Assembly (NCBI GenBank): GCA_964550855.1
Contig: CAZKBQ010000009.1
Span: forward strand, 6,009 to 70,008
Direction of reading: 5' to 3'
DNA: 64,000 nt
Origin: an uncultured Anaerolineae bacterium
GTDB lineage: Bacteria > Chloroflexota > Anaerolineae > Fen-1058
Shown here: piece by piece, positions 52,122-60,827 of the stretch
Numbering within the stretch: the first letter of the stretch is position 1
How the letters are laid out: the number at the start of each line of letters is the position of its first letter
Notes under the pieces: model-generated
The model's input: the letters and a program-made list of their open reading frames with translations, nothing else
What the model was told of the DNA's origin: nothing
Databases searched by the model: none
Made by a program: the position numbers and the translations under genes

Positions 52122-54032
52122 ATGAACGCCGCCGCCCGCCACTTTATCCGCCGGCATTGGTTCAGCCTGAGCCTGATCGCGCTAACCCTGCTGCTGTATG
52201 CGCCATCGCTGCAATACGGCTTGATCTGGGACGATCCCCGCTGGTATGCGCAGGGCAAAGGGCAGACGTTGTGGCAGTTGTTCACCTCGCTGGACACGTA
52301 TCAGTTCTATCGCCCTATCGCCGTATGGTTCAATCGGCAGCTGGTGGCCGCGAATGATGTTGTGGCCGCGCAGACCGCGCACTTCGTCCAGATCGCCGCG
52401 CATACGCTGGCGGTGCTGGCCGCAGTACCCGTGCTGCGCGTCTTCAATTTCGAGCGCACGCCCGCGCGTCTGGCGGCGCTGATCTTCGCGCTTTATCCGC
52501 TGTCGTATCAGGCCGTGGCCTGGCAGGCGCCGCAGCAACCCGTCGCCATGCTGGCAGTATTCGTGTCCATTCTGCTGGCCGCGCGTTACGCGCAGCGCCG
52601 ACAGACCTCCCGGCTGATCGCTTCTCTGGCGATGTATGCCTTTGCCCTGCTCTTTCAAGAAAGCGCGCTGCCGTTGGTGGTGATGTTCTTCTGGCTGGCC
52701 TTCTGCAACGGGCCGGTCACACGCGCCTCGTTTCAACGCCGCAATGGGTGGCCGCTGCTGCACCTGCTGCTGGCGCTGGTCTACCTGCTGATCTGGCTCA
52801 ATGTGCCGCGCGATACCGGCGTGACCGGGCGCGCTCTTGATATGCGTGTTTTGGCGTATGGCCTGCAGGGCGTGGTCTTTCCCGCGGCGGCGCTGCTGTC
52901 GCCGTTCATCAGCGGCCTGCCCGCGCCGACGATGATTCTCGTATTTGGGGCGGGCGGGTTGGTGCTGGCGCTGGGCGTCTGGCTATGGCAGGGTTGGCGC
53001 CGCGCGGCGCTGGGCGCGGTCTGGGTGGCGGCCGGCCTGCTGCCGGTGGTGATCGGCCTCTCGTGGAATTACACGCGCATCGGTTCGCGGCTACTGTATC
53101 CGGCCGCGCTGGGCATGGCCGTGTTGTGGGGCGGCTGGCTGGCCCAGCTGTTTGCGCCGGACGTCTGGCGGCGCGCGATCGGGCTGATCGCCGCCGCCAG
53201 TGTGATGATCGTCTCGATCGGGCAGTGGTCGGCCTTTCAACAGCTGTATCAACAGGGGACGCATTTTCTCGATAAGACCATTGAGGCGCTGAGCCAACAA
53301 CCCGATCGATCGATCTTGCTCGTCAATTATCCCGATCGACTGTGGCTGCAGCCCGCGCCGTATCCGCTGGGCGAGTGGGGGCTGATCCTGGCGCCGGTGG
53401 TGCAGGACGTGTCCGATTATGCCGTGGCGCACGCCGGCCGCAGTGCCCGGACGCAATCGCTGTCGGCGTTTCGCGTGGGAGCCGATCAGCGCGGCGCATA
53501 TCCGTATGAGGTTTTGATGCGCGGCGAAGATACCCCGCCGGAAAAACTGGCCGAAGTCGCCGCGAAGAGCGATCGGGTGTGGCTGACCGACTATGCGCCC
53601 GACGGCGAACTGACTTTGCGCGATGTCGGCGCGATCCGCCCGTCGGCAACATCGACGTATCGTGCTCAGTTTGGGCCGGCCGCCGCGCAGTTGATCGACG
53701 CCCGCCTCGACGGCCATACGCTCGAACTCGTATGGCGGGCGTTGACGCCGCTGCGCGACAATGACACGATCTTTGTGCACGTGTGGCGCGACGACGCCCT
53801 GATCGCCACGTTTGACGGCGACAGCCTGGGCGGCTTGCTCCCGCTGGCGAACTGGCCGCCGGGGGTTGAGGTGGTGGACGTGCGCTCGCTTTCGGGCCTG
53901 CCGGCGGGACGCTACGAGGTGCGGGTGGGGGTGTATCAGCGCGGCGATGGCGCGCGCTATGCGGCATATGATGCGCTGGGCCGCCGCCTGCCGGACGACG
54001 CCGTAACCATCGGGCGGCTGGAGGTCCATTGA
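52122..54032 (+). CDS. Polytopic GT-C-like membrane protein (PMT_2/TMTC-like first-loop WDD motif) with C-terminal beta-sandwich
   Basis: 636 aa. YAPSLQYGLIWDDPRWY first loop and about 11 TM helices. The soluble C-terminus ends in PLANWPPGVEVVDVR...YEVRVGVYQ, like 24569-26611. Confidence 0.8.
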   Translation: MNAAARHFIRRHWFSLSLIALTLLLYAPSLQYGLIWDDPRWYAQGKGQTLWQLFTSLDTYQFYRPIAVWFNRQLVAANDVVAAQTAHFVQIAAHTLAVLAAVPVLRVFNFERTPARLAALIFALYPLSYQAVAWQAPQQPVAMLAVFVSILLAARYAQRRQTSRLIASLAMYAFALLFQESALPLVVMFFWLAFCNGPVTRASFQRRNGWPLLHLLLALVYLLIWLNVPRDTGVTGRALDMRVLAYGLQGVVFPAAALLSPFISGLPAPTMILVFGAGGLVLALGVWLWQGWRRAALGAVWVAAGLLPVVIGLSWNYTRIGSRLLYPAALGMAVLWGGWLAQLFAPDVWRRAIGLIAAASVMIVSIGQWSAFQQLYQQGTHFLDKTIEALSQQPDRSILLVNYPDRLWLQPAPYPLGEWGLILAPVVQDVSDYAVAHAGRSARTQSLSAFRVGADQRGAYPYEVLMRGEDTPPEKLAEVAAKSDRVWLTDYAPDGELTLRDVGAIRPSATSTYRAQFGPAAAQLIDARLDGHTLELVWRALTPLRDNDTIFVHVWRDDALIATFDGDSLGGLLPLANWPPGVEVVDVRSLSGLPAGRYEVRVGVYQRGDGARYAAYDALGRRLPDDAVTIGRLEVH

Positions 54033-54138
54033 CACATCCCTATCGGCCAGTTCCTTGCACAAAAGCCCTTAAGCCGTTAAGATTGCGCGACCGGCGGCGA
54101 TGCGGCCGCCAATAGTTTGATCAGGAATAGAGTGGAGT

Positions 54139-57090
54139 ATGCAGGCAAACATCGATCCGAGAATTCACGTCATCGTCTCGCGCCGGCAGCGCGTGCGCAC
54201 CCGGCAGGGCAAGGGCCAGCTGGCGTGGCGACTGGCCGCCAGCGGCGTTTTGGCGGTGATGCTGAGCTGCGCCGTGTTCTTCGCTTCGGGCGTGGGCGGC
54301 GCGGTGGCCGTGTACGTGGGCCTCACCAGCGATCTGCCCGATCCGTCGCAGATTGAAGCGCGCTTTACCACGCAGAGTCAGGAATTCTTCGAGACGACCA
54401 AGATCTACGATCGCACGGGACAACATCTGCTGTATGAAGTGATCGATCCGCGCGGCGGCGACCGGCAGTGGGTGTCGCTGGAGAATATCCCGGCCTACTG
54501 CCGGCAGGCGGCGATCGCGTTGGAAGATCGCAGCTTTTACGAAAATCCGGGCTTCGATCTGCGCGGCATCGCGCGCGCCTTTGTCAGCAACCTGCAGGGC
54601 GGCGACACGCAGGGCGCGTCGTCCATCACGCAGCAGCTGGTCAAGAACACGCTGGTCGATCCTGAAGAACGCACGCTGCGCGAAGGGATCGAAGGCTATC
54701 AACGCAAGGCCAAGGAAGTGCTGCTGGCAGCCGAAGTGGGCCGCCGCTACTCCAAAGACCAGATTCTGGAGTGGTATCTCAATACGAATTTCTACGGCAA
54801 CCTGGCCTACGGGCTGCAGGCTGCGGCCAAGGTTTATTTCAACAAGCCGGTGGAGCAATTGAACCTGGCCGAGTGCGCGATGCTGGCGCCGATCCCGCAG
54901 TATCCCGCGCAAAACCCGATCGATAACCCCACAAATGCCGTCGAGCGTCAGGCGCTGGCCCTCGACGCGATGCTGCGCGAAGGCTACATCACCGCCGACG
55001 AGGCGGTGGCGGCCAAGGCCGAGAAGCTGCACGTGGGCGGCGGCGTGGAAGAACGCTTCGATATTCTGGCGCCGCACTTCTCCGTGTACGTGCGCAAGTG
55101 GCTGGAAGACAAGTTCGGCGCGGACGCGGTCTATCGCGGCGGGCTGAAGGTGTACACCACGCTCGATCTGGATCTGCAGAATTACGCGCAGCAGGCCATC
55201 ACCGATCAGGTGGCCAAGCTCACTGCCGAAGGCCATAACGCCAACAACGGCTCGGCGGTGGTCATCCGCCCGAAGACGGGCGAGATTCTGGCGATGGTGG
55301 GCAGCGCCAACTACTGGGACGACGCCATCGACGGCAAGTTTAACGTGGCCACCGGCCTGCGCCAGCCCGGATCGTCCTTCAAGCCCTTTACGTATCTCAC
55401 CCTGCTGTCGCAGGGCGTGCCGGCGTCGTACGGCTTTCTGGACGTGCGCACGGAATTTCAACAGCCGGGCGCGAATCCGCCGATTTACGTACCCGAGAAC
55501 TACGACCGCCAGTACCACGGCTACGCCCGCATGCGATTAGCGCTGGCGCGCTCGTACAACATCCCGGCCGTCAAGGCGCTGCAAATGGCCGGCGTGGACA
55601 ATGTGATCCGCATGGCGCACCGGTTGGGCATTACCACACTGGATCGTGGGTTGGATTTCTATGGTCTGGCGCTGACGCTGGGCGGCGGCGAAGTGAAACT
55701 GCTGGATATGGTGTACGCCTTCAGCGTCTTCGCCAATAACGGTTACATGGCCGGCCTGAAGATTCCCGAAGATCAGCTGCGCCCCGGCTATCGCGAGCGC
55801 GATCCGGTGCCGGTGCTGCGTGTGGAAAACAGCAAAGGCGACATTCTGTTTGAGTATGGCGCCGCTGACGCGCAGTACGTCATCGACGAGCGGCTGGCCT
55901 ACATCATCACTAACTTCCTGTCGGACAACCAGGCGCGCTGGGCGGCCTTTGGCAACCCCAACGTGTTGGAGCTCGATCGGCCGGCCGCCGTAAAGACCGG
56001 CACGACCAATGACTACAAGGACAACTGGACGATCGGCTACACGCCGCAGGTCGCCATCGGCGTCTGGATCGGCAACACCGACAACAGTCCCATGAAGAAA
56101 GTGTCGGGCATCACGGGCGCGGCACCGGTATGGAATCAGCTCATGACGTATTATCTGAAAGACAAGCCGGTGGAGCCGTTTGTGCGGCCGCCCGGGCTGG
56201 AAGAAGCGACGGTCTGCGCCACTACCGGCCTGCTACCCACCAAGTATTGCCCGACGACGAAAGAATTGTTCATCCCCGGCACCGAGCCGACGGCGTACGA
56301 CACGCTCTCGCAGGCGTTCTTGATCGATCGGGAAACGGGACAGCTCGCCACCGCCTATACGCCGCCCGACAAAGTGGAAGAGAAAGTCTTCGAGATTTAT
56401 CCGCCGGAAGCGGCCGACTACGTGCGCGAGGCCAACATCCCGCAGCCGCCGTCCACGTATGATACTGTTTACGGACCGCCGCCCAACGCCTTTGGCGACG
56501 TGGCCATCATCCAGCCGGGCGCATATTCGTACATCGGCGGCAGCACCATCATCACCGGTAACGCCAAAGGCGGTGACTACAATCACTACCGCATCGACTT
56601 TGGGCGTGGACTGAATCCCACCGAATGGCAGCAGATCGGCCCTGACCATGGCGAGCCGGTGGATAACGGCCCGCTGGAATACTGGGACGTCTCCAACCTC
56701 GACGGCCTGTTCACTCTCCGATTGACCGTCTTCCGCAATGACGGCCAGACGCAGACGGCCGTGGTGCCGGTGACCGTGGACAACATCACGCCGACGATCA
56801 AGATCATCTATCCCAATGACGGCGACGGCTATACCTTTGGCACCGACGAGTGGGTGAACATCCAGCTGGATGTGCAGGACAACGTCGCCATCGGCCGCGT
56901 GGAGATCTACGTGGACGACAACCCGGAGCCGTGGTCGGTGCGCAACGCACCGCCCTTCGGCGACAAGTGGCTGCTGGACTCCGGCGCGAAACTGGGCACG
57001 CACACTTTCTTCGCGCGGGTGTACGACAAGGCCGGCAACATGGCAGAGAGCAACAAGGTGAAGATCATAGTGACGGCGAAGAAGAACTGA
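54139..57090 (+). CDS. Class A penicillin-binding protein (bifunctional GT51 transglycosylase / transpeptidase) with C-terminal Ig-like domains
   Basis: 983 aa. GT51 motifs ALEDRSFYENPGFD and GASSITQQLVKN. Transpeptidase motifs SSFKP, SYN and KTGTTND. A ~230-aa beta-sandwich extension. Confidence 0.95.
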   Translation: MQANIDPRIHVIVSRRQRVRTRQGKGQLAWRLAASGVLAVMLSCAVFFASGVGGAVAVYVGLTSDLPDPSQIEARFTTQSQEFFETTKIYDRTGQHLLYEVIDPRGGDRQWVSLENIPAYCRQAAIALEDRSFYENPGFDLRGIARAFVSNLQGGDTQGASSITQQLVKNTLVDPEERTLREGIEGYQRKAKEVLLAAEVGRRYSKDQILEWYLNTNFYGNLAYGLQAAAKVYFNKPVEQLNLAECAMLAPIPQYPAQNPIDNPTNAVERQALALDAMLREGYITADEAVAAKAEKLHVGGGVEERFDILAPHFSVYVRKWLEDKFGADAVYRGGLKVYTTLDLDLQNYAQQAITDQVAKLTAEGHNANNGSAVVIRPKTGEILAMVGSANYWDDAIDGKFNVATGLRQPGSSFKPFTYLTLLSQGVPASYGFLDVRTEFQQPGANPPIYVPENYDRQYHGYARMRLALARSYNIPAVKALQMAGVDNVIRMAHRLGITTLDRGLDFYGLALTLGGGEVKLLDMVYAFSVFANNGYMAGLKIPEDQLRPGYRERDPVPVLRVENSKGDILFEYGAADAQYVIDERLAYIITNFLSDNQARWAAFGNPNVLELDRPAAVKTGTTNDYKDNWTIGYTPQVAIGVWIGNTDNSPMKKVSGITGAAPVWNQLMTYYLKDKPVEPFVRPPGLEEATVCATTGLLPTKYCPTTKELFIPGTEPTAYDTLSQAFLIDRETGQLATAYTPPDKVEEKVFEIYPPEAADYVREANIPQPPSTYDTVYGPPPNAFGDVAIIQPGAYSYIGGSTIITGNAKGGDYNHYRIDFGRGLNPTEWQQIGPDHGEPVDNGPLEYWDVSNLDGLFTLRLTVFRNDGQTQTAVVPVTVDNITPTIKIIYPNDGDGYTFGTDEWVNIQLDVQDNVAIGRVEIYVDDNPEPWSVRNAPPFGDKWLLDSGAKLGTHTFFARVYDKAGNMAESNKVKIIVTAKKN

Positions 57091-57109
57091 TCGGGAACCG
57101 CGATCGATC

Positions 57110-57143
57110 AAAAAGCCCGTTCTCACGCGAGAGCGGGCTTTTT
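57110..57143 (+). terminator. Rho-independent terminator of the PBP gene
   Basis: 10-bp stem GCCCGTTCTC / GAGAGCGGGC (one G-U pair) with the loop ACGC. It is flanked by AAAAA and followed by TTTTT. Confidence 0.8.
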
Positions 57144-57195
57144 GATCGAAAAGTGCGGTATACTCCGATCATCTGATCAATCCCCAGGAGCCAAC

Positions 57196-57933
57196 ATGAA
57201 CATCCTCGTGACCAATGACGACGGCGTCACCGCCCCCGGACTTTTGATCTTGAAGCAGGCGCTGGAAAAAGTAGGCGTGGTGGTGGTGGTGGCGCCTGAT
57301 CAAAACTGGAGTGCGGGCGGCCACGTCAAGACGCTGCACAAGCCGCTGCGCCTGAGCGAAGTCAAACTGGCCGACGGCAGCGACGCCTACGCCAGCAGCG
57401 GCGCGCCCAGCGATTGTGTGGCGCTGGTGCTACTGGGCGCCATCAACTTCAAGCCCGATCTCATCGTGTCCGGCATCAATCCCTTCGCCAACCTGAGCCA
57501 CGACGTAACCTACTCGGGCACGGTGACGGCCGCCATGGAAGGCGCGCTGGAAGGCATTCCATCGATCGCGGTGTCGGTGGACGATGCCGCCGCGTACGAG
57601 CAGGCCGCCGATTTTGCCGCGCGGCTGGCACGCATCACCGCCGAACACGGCCTGCCGCGCAACATCCTGCTCAACGTCAACGTGCCGGCCGGCCCCATCA
57701 AAGGCGTGCAGATTACGCGGCTGGGCACGCGCGTCTATCACGACGAACTCGTCGCCCGCATCGATCCGCGCGGCAAACCCTATTACTGGATCGGCGGCGC
57801 GGCCCCCACCGGCATCCCCGACGACGGCACCGACGTGGGCGCCCTGAGCCACGGCTATATCTCCGTGACGCCCATTCAAATGGATATGACCGCCTACCAG
57901 TTCATGGAGACCTTGGGAACGTGGGAGATGTAG
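57196..57933 (+). CDS. surE: 5-prime/3-prime-nucleotidase SurE
   Basis: 245 aa from ATG 57196 (AGGAG RBS at 57186-57190). MNILVTNDDGVTAPGL and YSGTVTAAMEG motifs. Confidence 0.9.
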   Translation: MNILVTNDDGVTAPGLLILKQALEKVGVVVVVAPDQNWSAGGHVKTLHKPLRLSEVKLADGSDAYASSGAPSDCVALVLLGAINFKPDLIVSGINPFANLSHDVTYSGTVTAAMEGALEGIPSIAVSVDDAAAYEQAADFAARLARITAEHGLPRNILLNVNVPAGPIKGVQITRLGTRVYHDELVARIDPRGKPYYWIGGAAPTGIPDDGTDVGALSHGYISVTPIQMDMTAYQFMETLGTWEM

Positions 57934-57942
57934 TCCGGCTGA

Positions 57943-58212
57943 TCGACACCTGGATGTATTTCCCCAAACACAGTCAGTTTGCCTGCCAGCCTATGGGGCG
58001 GCTCCACGATCAGCGGCTTTCGCAAGCGGGGGCTGTATACGGCGCTGCTGGCCGTGCGCGCGCAAGAAGCCAACGCGCGCGGGGTGCGCTACCTGACCGT
58101 GAACGCCAGCGCTATGAGCCGCCCGATTCTGGAGAAGTTCGGGTTTGAGGTGATAGCCTATTCCCATCCGTGCAAATGGATATTCAAGGCCACTGAACCC
58201 CGCGCGGAGTAA
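57943..58212 (+). pseudogene. Truncated GNAT acetyltransferase remnant (C-terminal half only)
   Basis: The open frame is only ~89 codons. It retains the acetyl-CoA motif-A-like region GFRKRGLYTALLAVRAQEANARGVRYLTVNAS...FGFE but has no N-terminal beta-strands. No plausible RBS or ATG is present (the ORF-track start is TTG 57979). Confidence 0.4.
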
Positions 58213-58245
58213 GGCCGGCGCGCGCTTCGCAGCGGATTTTTGCGG

Positions 58246-58274
58246 TTGACAGCGCCTGATCGCTCAAGTATATT
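58246..58274 (+). promoter_or_regulatory. Candidate sigma-70 promoter for the HMG-CoA reductase-like gene
   Basis: TTGACA (58246-58251), 17-nt spacer, TATATT (58269-58274). GGGGGAG RBS at 58336-58342. Confidence 0.5.
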
Positions 58275-58349
58275 TGTCGCACATCAGCGGGGGCGCAATG
58301 CTGTCGTCGCTTCAGCCCTTCGCCTTCAGCCTTCACAGGGGGAGCCGCC

Positions 58350-59891
58350 ATGATCATTCCGAGCATGCTGCTGAAGAAGCTGTACACACTGGGCAGCCTC
58401 AAGAACACCGAGGCGGGGGTGCAATTTTCCATCAAGAATCGCCTGAGCGATGTGGAACTGATCGGGCTGCGCGCCATTTACATCAACGGCACACCCGTCG
58501 CGCTTGATCACGTATCGCTCATCCTGGCCGATGGGCAGCGCCTCTCGCCCTACGAGATCTCGGCGGCGCGCCCGCTGGCCTTTCCGCTGCGCGCGGTCGT
58601 CACCATCCAGACTCCGCTGCCCGCGCTGCCACTGGGCAAACACGAGATCGAGATCGTCTTTGAAACCCGCGCCTTTGGCAAACTCCAGTTCAAAGTCGAA
58701 GACGCCATCTCTGAAAAAGAGCCGGAGCAGGTCAAGATTCCGCGCGACACTGCCGACGACTACAGCCCCGAGATCATCCAGCGGCGGCAGGCGTTGATCG
58801 AACAGTTCACCGGCACGCAGCCCGTGCATCTGTGGAAGTACTCGTTCGATCCGCACGTCACCAAAGGCAACATCGAAAACTTCACCGGCGCGGCGCAGAT
58901 CCCGATCGGCTTTGCCGGCCCGATACGCATCAACGGCGAGCACGCCATCGGCGATTTCCTGATCCCCCTCGCCACCACCGAAGGCACGCTGGTCGCCTCG
59001 TACAACCGCGGCATGAAGATCACCAACCTCAGCGGCGGCGTCAAAGTCACCGTGGTGGCCGACGCCATGCAGCGCGCGCCCGTCTTTGTCTTTGAGGACG
59101 CCCGCGCCGCCCGCGACTTCGCCGCGTGGGTGCAGGCCAATTTCGACGCGATCAAAGAAGAAGCCGAGGCCACCTCCAGTGTCGCCAAGCTCTTCAACAT
59201 CGACTCGTATCTGTCCAACAAGTTTGCCTATCTGCGCTTCAACTACACCACCGGCGATGCCGCCGGCCAGAACATGGTGGGCCGCGCCACCTTTGCCGCG
59301 TGCAGCTGGATCATCGATCACTACGCGGGCATCACCAATTTCTATCTGGAGTCCAACTTCGCCACGGACAAGAAGGCGTCGCAGATCAACATCATGCGCA
59401 CGCGCGGCAAGCGCGTCACCGCCGAAGCCACCATCTTGCGCGATGTGCTCATTCAGCACATGCGCGTGGAGCCGGAGAAGTTGTTCTATCATTACGGCGT
59501 CGCCAACATCGGCGGCTTTTTGTCCGGCGTCAACAACAACGGCTTGCATTCGGCCAACGGCATCACCGCCATGTTCATCGCCACCGGCCAGGACGTGGCC
59601 AACGTGGCCGAATCGTCGGCGGGCCTGATGTACACCGAGCTCACACCCAGAGGCGATCTGTACATGTCGCTGACCATTCCCTCGCTCATCGTGGCCACGC
59701 ACGGCGGCGGAGTGGGCCTTCCGACGCAGCGCGAGTGTTTGGAGATTCTGGGCTGCGTGGGGCGCGGCAAAGTCAATCGGCTGGCCGAGATCATCGCGGC
59801 CGTGGCGCTGGCCGGCGAAATCTCGCTGGCTTCGGCCATCTCGTCGTCCGACTGGGTATCGAGCCATGAAAAGTACGGGCGCAATCGCTGA
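58350..59891 (+). CDS. Class I HMG-CoA reductase homolog with ~125-aa extra N-terminal domain
   Basis: 513 aa. IENFTGAAQIPIGFAGP, IPLATTEGTLVAS, TGDAAGQNMV, ATDKKAS, ATGQDVANV and THGGGVG match class I HMGR blocks. Residues 1-125 (beta-rich) lie outside the HMGR fold. Confidence 0.9.
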   Translation: MIIPSMLLKKLYTLGSLKNTEAGVQFSIKNRLSDVELIGLRAIYINGTPVALDHVSLILADGQRLSPYEISAARPLAFPLRAVVTIQTPLPALPLGKHEIEIVFETRAFGKLQFKVEDAISEKEPEQVKIPRDTADDYSPEIIQRRQALIEQFTGTQPVHLWKYSFDPHVTKGNIENFTGAAQIPIGFAGPIRINGEHAIGDFLIPLATTEGTLVASYNRGMKITNLSGGVKVTVVADAMQRAPVFVFEDARAARDFAAWVQANFDAIKEEAEATSSVAKLFNIDSYLSNKFAYLRFNYTTGDAAGQNMVGRATFAACSWIIDHYAGITNFYLESNFATDKKASQINIMRTRGKRVTAEATILRDVLIQHMRVEPEKLFYHYGVANIGGFLSGVNNNGLHSANGITAMFIATGQDVANVAESSAGLMYTELTPRGDLYMSLTIPSLIVATHGGGVGLPTQRECLEILGCVGRGKVNRLAEIIAAVALAGEISLASAISSSDWVSSHEKYGRNR

Positions 59892-59990
59892 CACTGCCGC
59901 CGGCCGCTAAGGCTTCTGGCGGGGCATCCTTGCCTGGGTGCTTGTCCCACCGCCCAAACCGTGGTATTCTTGCTTCTACAGCAACACGAA

Positions 59991-60018
59991 AGACCCCGCT
60001 CGTGTGGACGCGGGGTCT
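59991..60018 (+). terminator. Possible terminator hairpin downstream of the HMGR-like gene
   Basis: 9-bp stem AGACCCCGC / GCGGGGTCT with a 10-nt loop, followed by TCGATTATT (a weak T-tract). Confidence 0.35.
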
Positions 60019-60041
60019 TCGATTATTGAAAAGGTCGGAGC

Positions 60042-60734
60042 ATGAATCTCGAACAGATCGTTCAAACCTTTGGCTACGCAGGCATTATCGGGATCATCTT
60101 TGCCGAGTCGGGGCTGTTCTTCGGCTTCTTTCTGCCGGGCGACAGTCTGCTGTTGACGGCCGGCTTGCTGGCCTGGCGCATCGACCCGGCCACGGGCCAT
60201 CCGTTCTTGAGCCTGCCGTTTCTACTGATCGCGCTGCCGATTGCGGCGATCCTGGGCGACAACGTGGGCTACTGGTTTGGCAAGAAGACCGGGCCGCGCA
60301 TCTTCAACCGCGAGAATTCGCGCCTGTTCAAGCGCAAAAATCTGCTGGCCGCCAAGGCCTTCTACGACAAGCACGGCGCCAAAACGATCGTGCTGGCGCG
60401 CTTCGTGCCGTTCATCCGCACGTTCGCGCCGATCGTGGCCGGCGCGGTCGAGATGGAGTACCGCACCTTCTTCAGGTGGAACGTGCTGGGCGGCATGATG
60501 TGGGCGGTGGGCGTGACGCTGGTGGGCTACGGCATCGGCACGTTCTTTGGCGCCACAGTTGATCCGGAGACGCTGGACAAGTACTTCCTGCTGCTGATCA
60601 TCGCCGTGATCTTCATCTCGGCGCTGCCGACGTTGATTCACCTGTGGCGCGACAACAAAGACGAAATCCTGCGGCGGCTGCGCCGCCAGCCTGCCCCTCC
60701 GGCCGCGTCTTCAAGAAAAGCGGCGGAGGAATGA
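60042..60734 (+). CDS. DedA family membrane protein
   Basis: 230 aa. FAESGLFFGFFLPGDSLLLTAG, GPRIFNRE...AKAFYDKHGAKTIVLARFVPFIRTFAP signature. Confidence 0.9.
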   Translation: MNLEQIVQTFGYAGIIGIIFAESGLFFGFFLPGDSLLLTAGLLAWRIDPATGHPFLSLPFLLIALPIAAILGDNVGYWFGKKTGPRIFNRENSRLFKRKNLLAAKAFYDKHGAKTIVLARFVPFIRTFAPIVAGAVEMEYRTFFRWNVLGGMMWAVGVTLVGYGIGTFFGATVDPETLDKYFLLLIIAVIFISALPTLIHLWRDNKDEILRRLRRQPAPPAASSRKAAEE

Positions 60735-60742
60735 GCCGGCCC

Positions 60743-60772
60743 ACGGGCGAGTCGAAAGACCCGCCCGTTTTA
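60743..60772 (+). terminator. Intrinsic terminator after the first dedA
   Basis: 7-bp stem ACGGGCG / CGCCCGT followed by TTTTATT. Confidence 0.55.
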
Positions 60773-60827
60773 TTAGGCGCCGACGACCAGTGTTGGGGCA
60801 GAAGTTCATCGGGGGAGGACATACCGC

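Noticed and set aside
54121-55518. 465-aa minus-strand ORF antisense to the PBP gene
   Set aside because: The plus strand carries the GT51 and transpeptidase motifs. The antisense product is Arg/Ala/Leu/Gln repetitive with no motif.
58326-59894. 522-aa ORF on the minus strand, exactly antisense to the HMGR-like gene
   Set aside because: This is a typical high-GC shadow ORF. Its composition is Arg/Gly/Ala/Asp/His-rich low complexity with no recognisable motif. The plus-strand frame carries every class I HMGR block plus its own promoter and RBS.
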